From Squalus acanthias (Eukaryota), in the NCBI GenBank assembly GCA_030390025.1, contig JASTWF010000031.1, forward strand, positions 5,456,001 through 5,520,000: a stretch of DNA of 64,000 bases. Direction: 5' to 3'. A program made the position numbers and the translations under genes. Positions within the stretch are counted from its first letter, which is position 1. Every line of letters starts with the position of its first letter. Below are positions 63,419 through 64,000 of this stretch, one piece after another. The notes beneath the pieces are model-generated. The model was not told the DNA's origin and searched no databases. It saw only the letters and a program-made list of their open reading frames with translations.

Positions 63419-64000
63419 GGCCTGGATTTCGCTGTACTAATGACGAGGCTGTCCGCCCTCGCCATTATCAGAGGGCAAAACTGACAGCAACTTTTGGCCT
63501 GCGCTCCTGCAGTTCAACACTGTTGCAATCTTCGCCGATGGAATCTGCACAGAGATCACTATAATGGTGTGAATTTAGGCTAATTACCCACTATTCTTGC
63601 ACTAAACACAGATTAAAAAAAAGTTAGGGCTTGTGCAGTCAGGAGTAACTGAGTTTTGAATGGCATAATAAGTGATCATTACTGCTGAACAACCTCTTTG
63701 GCCTTGAAAAATTAATTTTACAAGTGTGGAGTCTCATTCACCCAGAAGAAAATTAATGTTGCAGATTTAAAAAAATATATTTTTTTTTTTTTCTCACTTC
63801 TCTCCCTTAATCCCATGTGTATGTCTGATCTTTATTTCACTTCCTGTACAATGATTTAAATGTAATTTATATTTCCTGTTTTTTACTTCCTGCTTTTCAG
63901 TCTGCGTGTTTCAGTGAGGATTCTTCAATCTGATTGGTTGAAGAGCCTCCCTGCAGCTTGACCTGCTCACTGACGCCACAGATCCCCTGTAGAGGGTGCA
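63419..64000. mobile_element. Harbinger-like MITE, cut by the window end
   Basis: Starts GGCCTGGATTT; collinear with 48462-49085 (AAAACTGACAGCAACTT, TGAACAACCTCT, TGTGGAGTCTCATT, GACGCCACAGATCCCCT). Confidence 0.75.

Overview
Eukaryotic, repeat-rich, AT-rich DNA. The repeat set (CR1 LINEs, HE1/V-SINE, Deu-domain SINEs, Penelope remnants) points to a cartilaginous fish; the species cannot be determined. Two spliced host genes sit head-to-head about 27.6 kb apart, and the ORF track misses both. On the - strand are coding exons 1 (6174-6033) and 2 (3132-2946) of an Rh30-type (RHD/RHCE-like) membrane protein. On the + strand is coding exon 1 (33798-33877) of macoilin (MACO1/TMEM57), behind a CpG-island promoter, followed by >30 kb of intron 1. 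This matches the RHCE-MACO1 arrangement at human 1p36.11. The rest is mostly transposable elements: CR1, L2 and RTE fragments, SINEs, many GC-rich MITEs with 3-bp TSDs (PIF/Harbinger-like), two hAT MITEs with 8-bp TSDs, and Penelope-derived pieces with hammerhead-ribozyme motifs. I see no demonstrably new biological system. The best leads are a 175-bp palindrome carrying a minimal hammerhead, a duplicated NF-Y/PBX-PREP module, nested TE stacks, a 5'-inverted CR1, and the shark Rh30 itself. All calls were made by eye; family names come from recalled consensus sequences, not searches.
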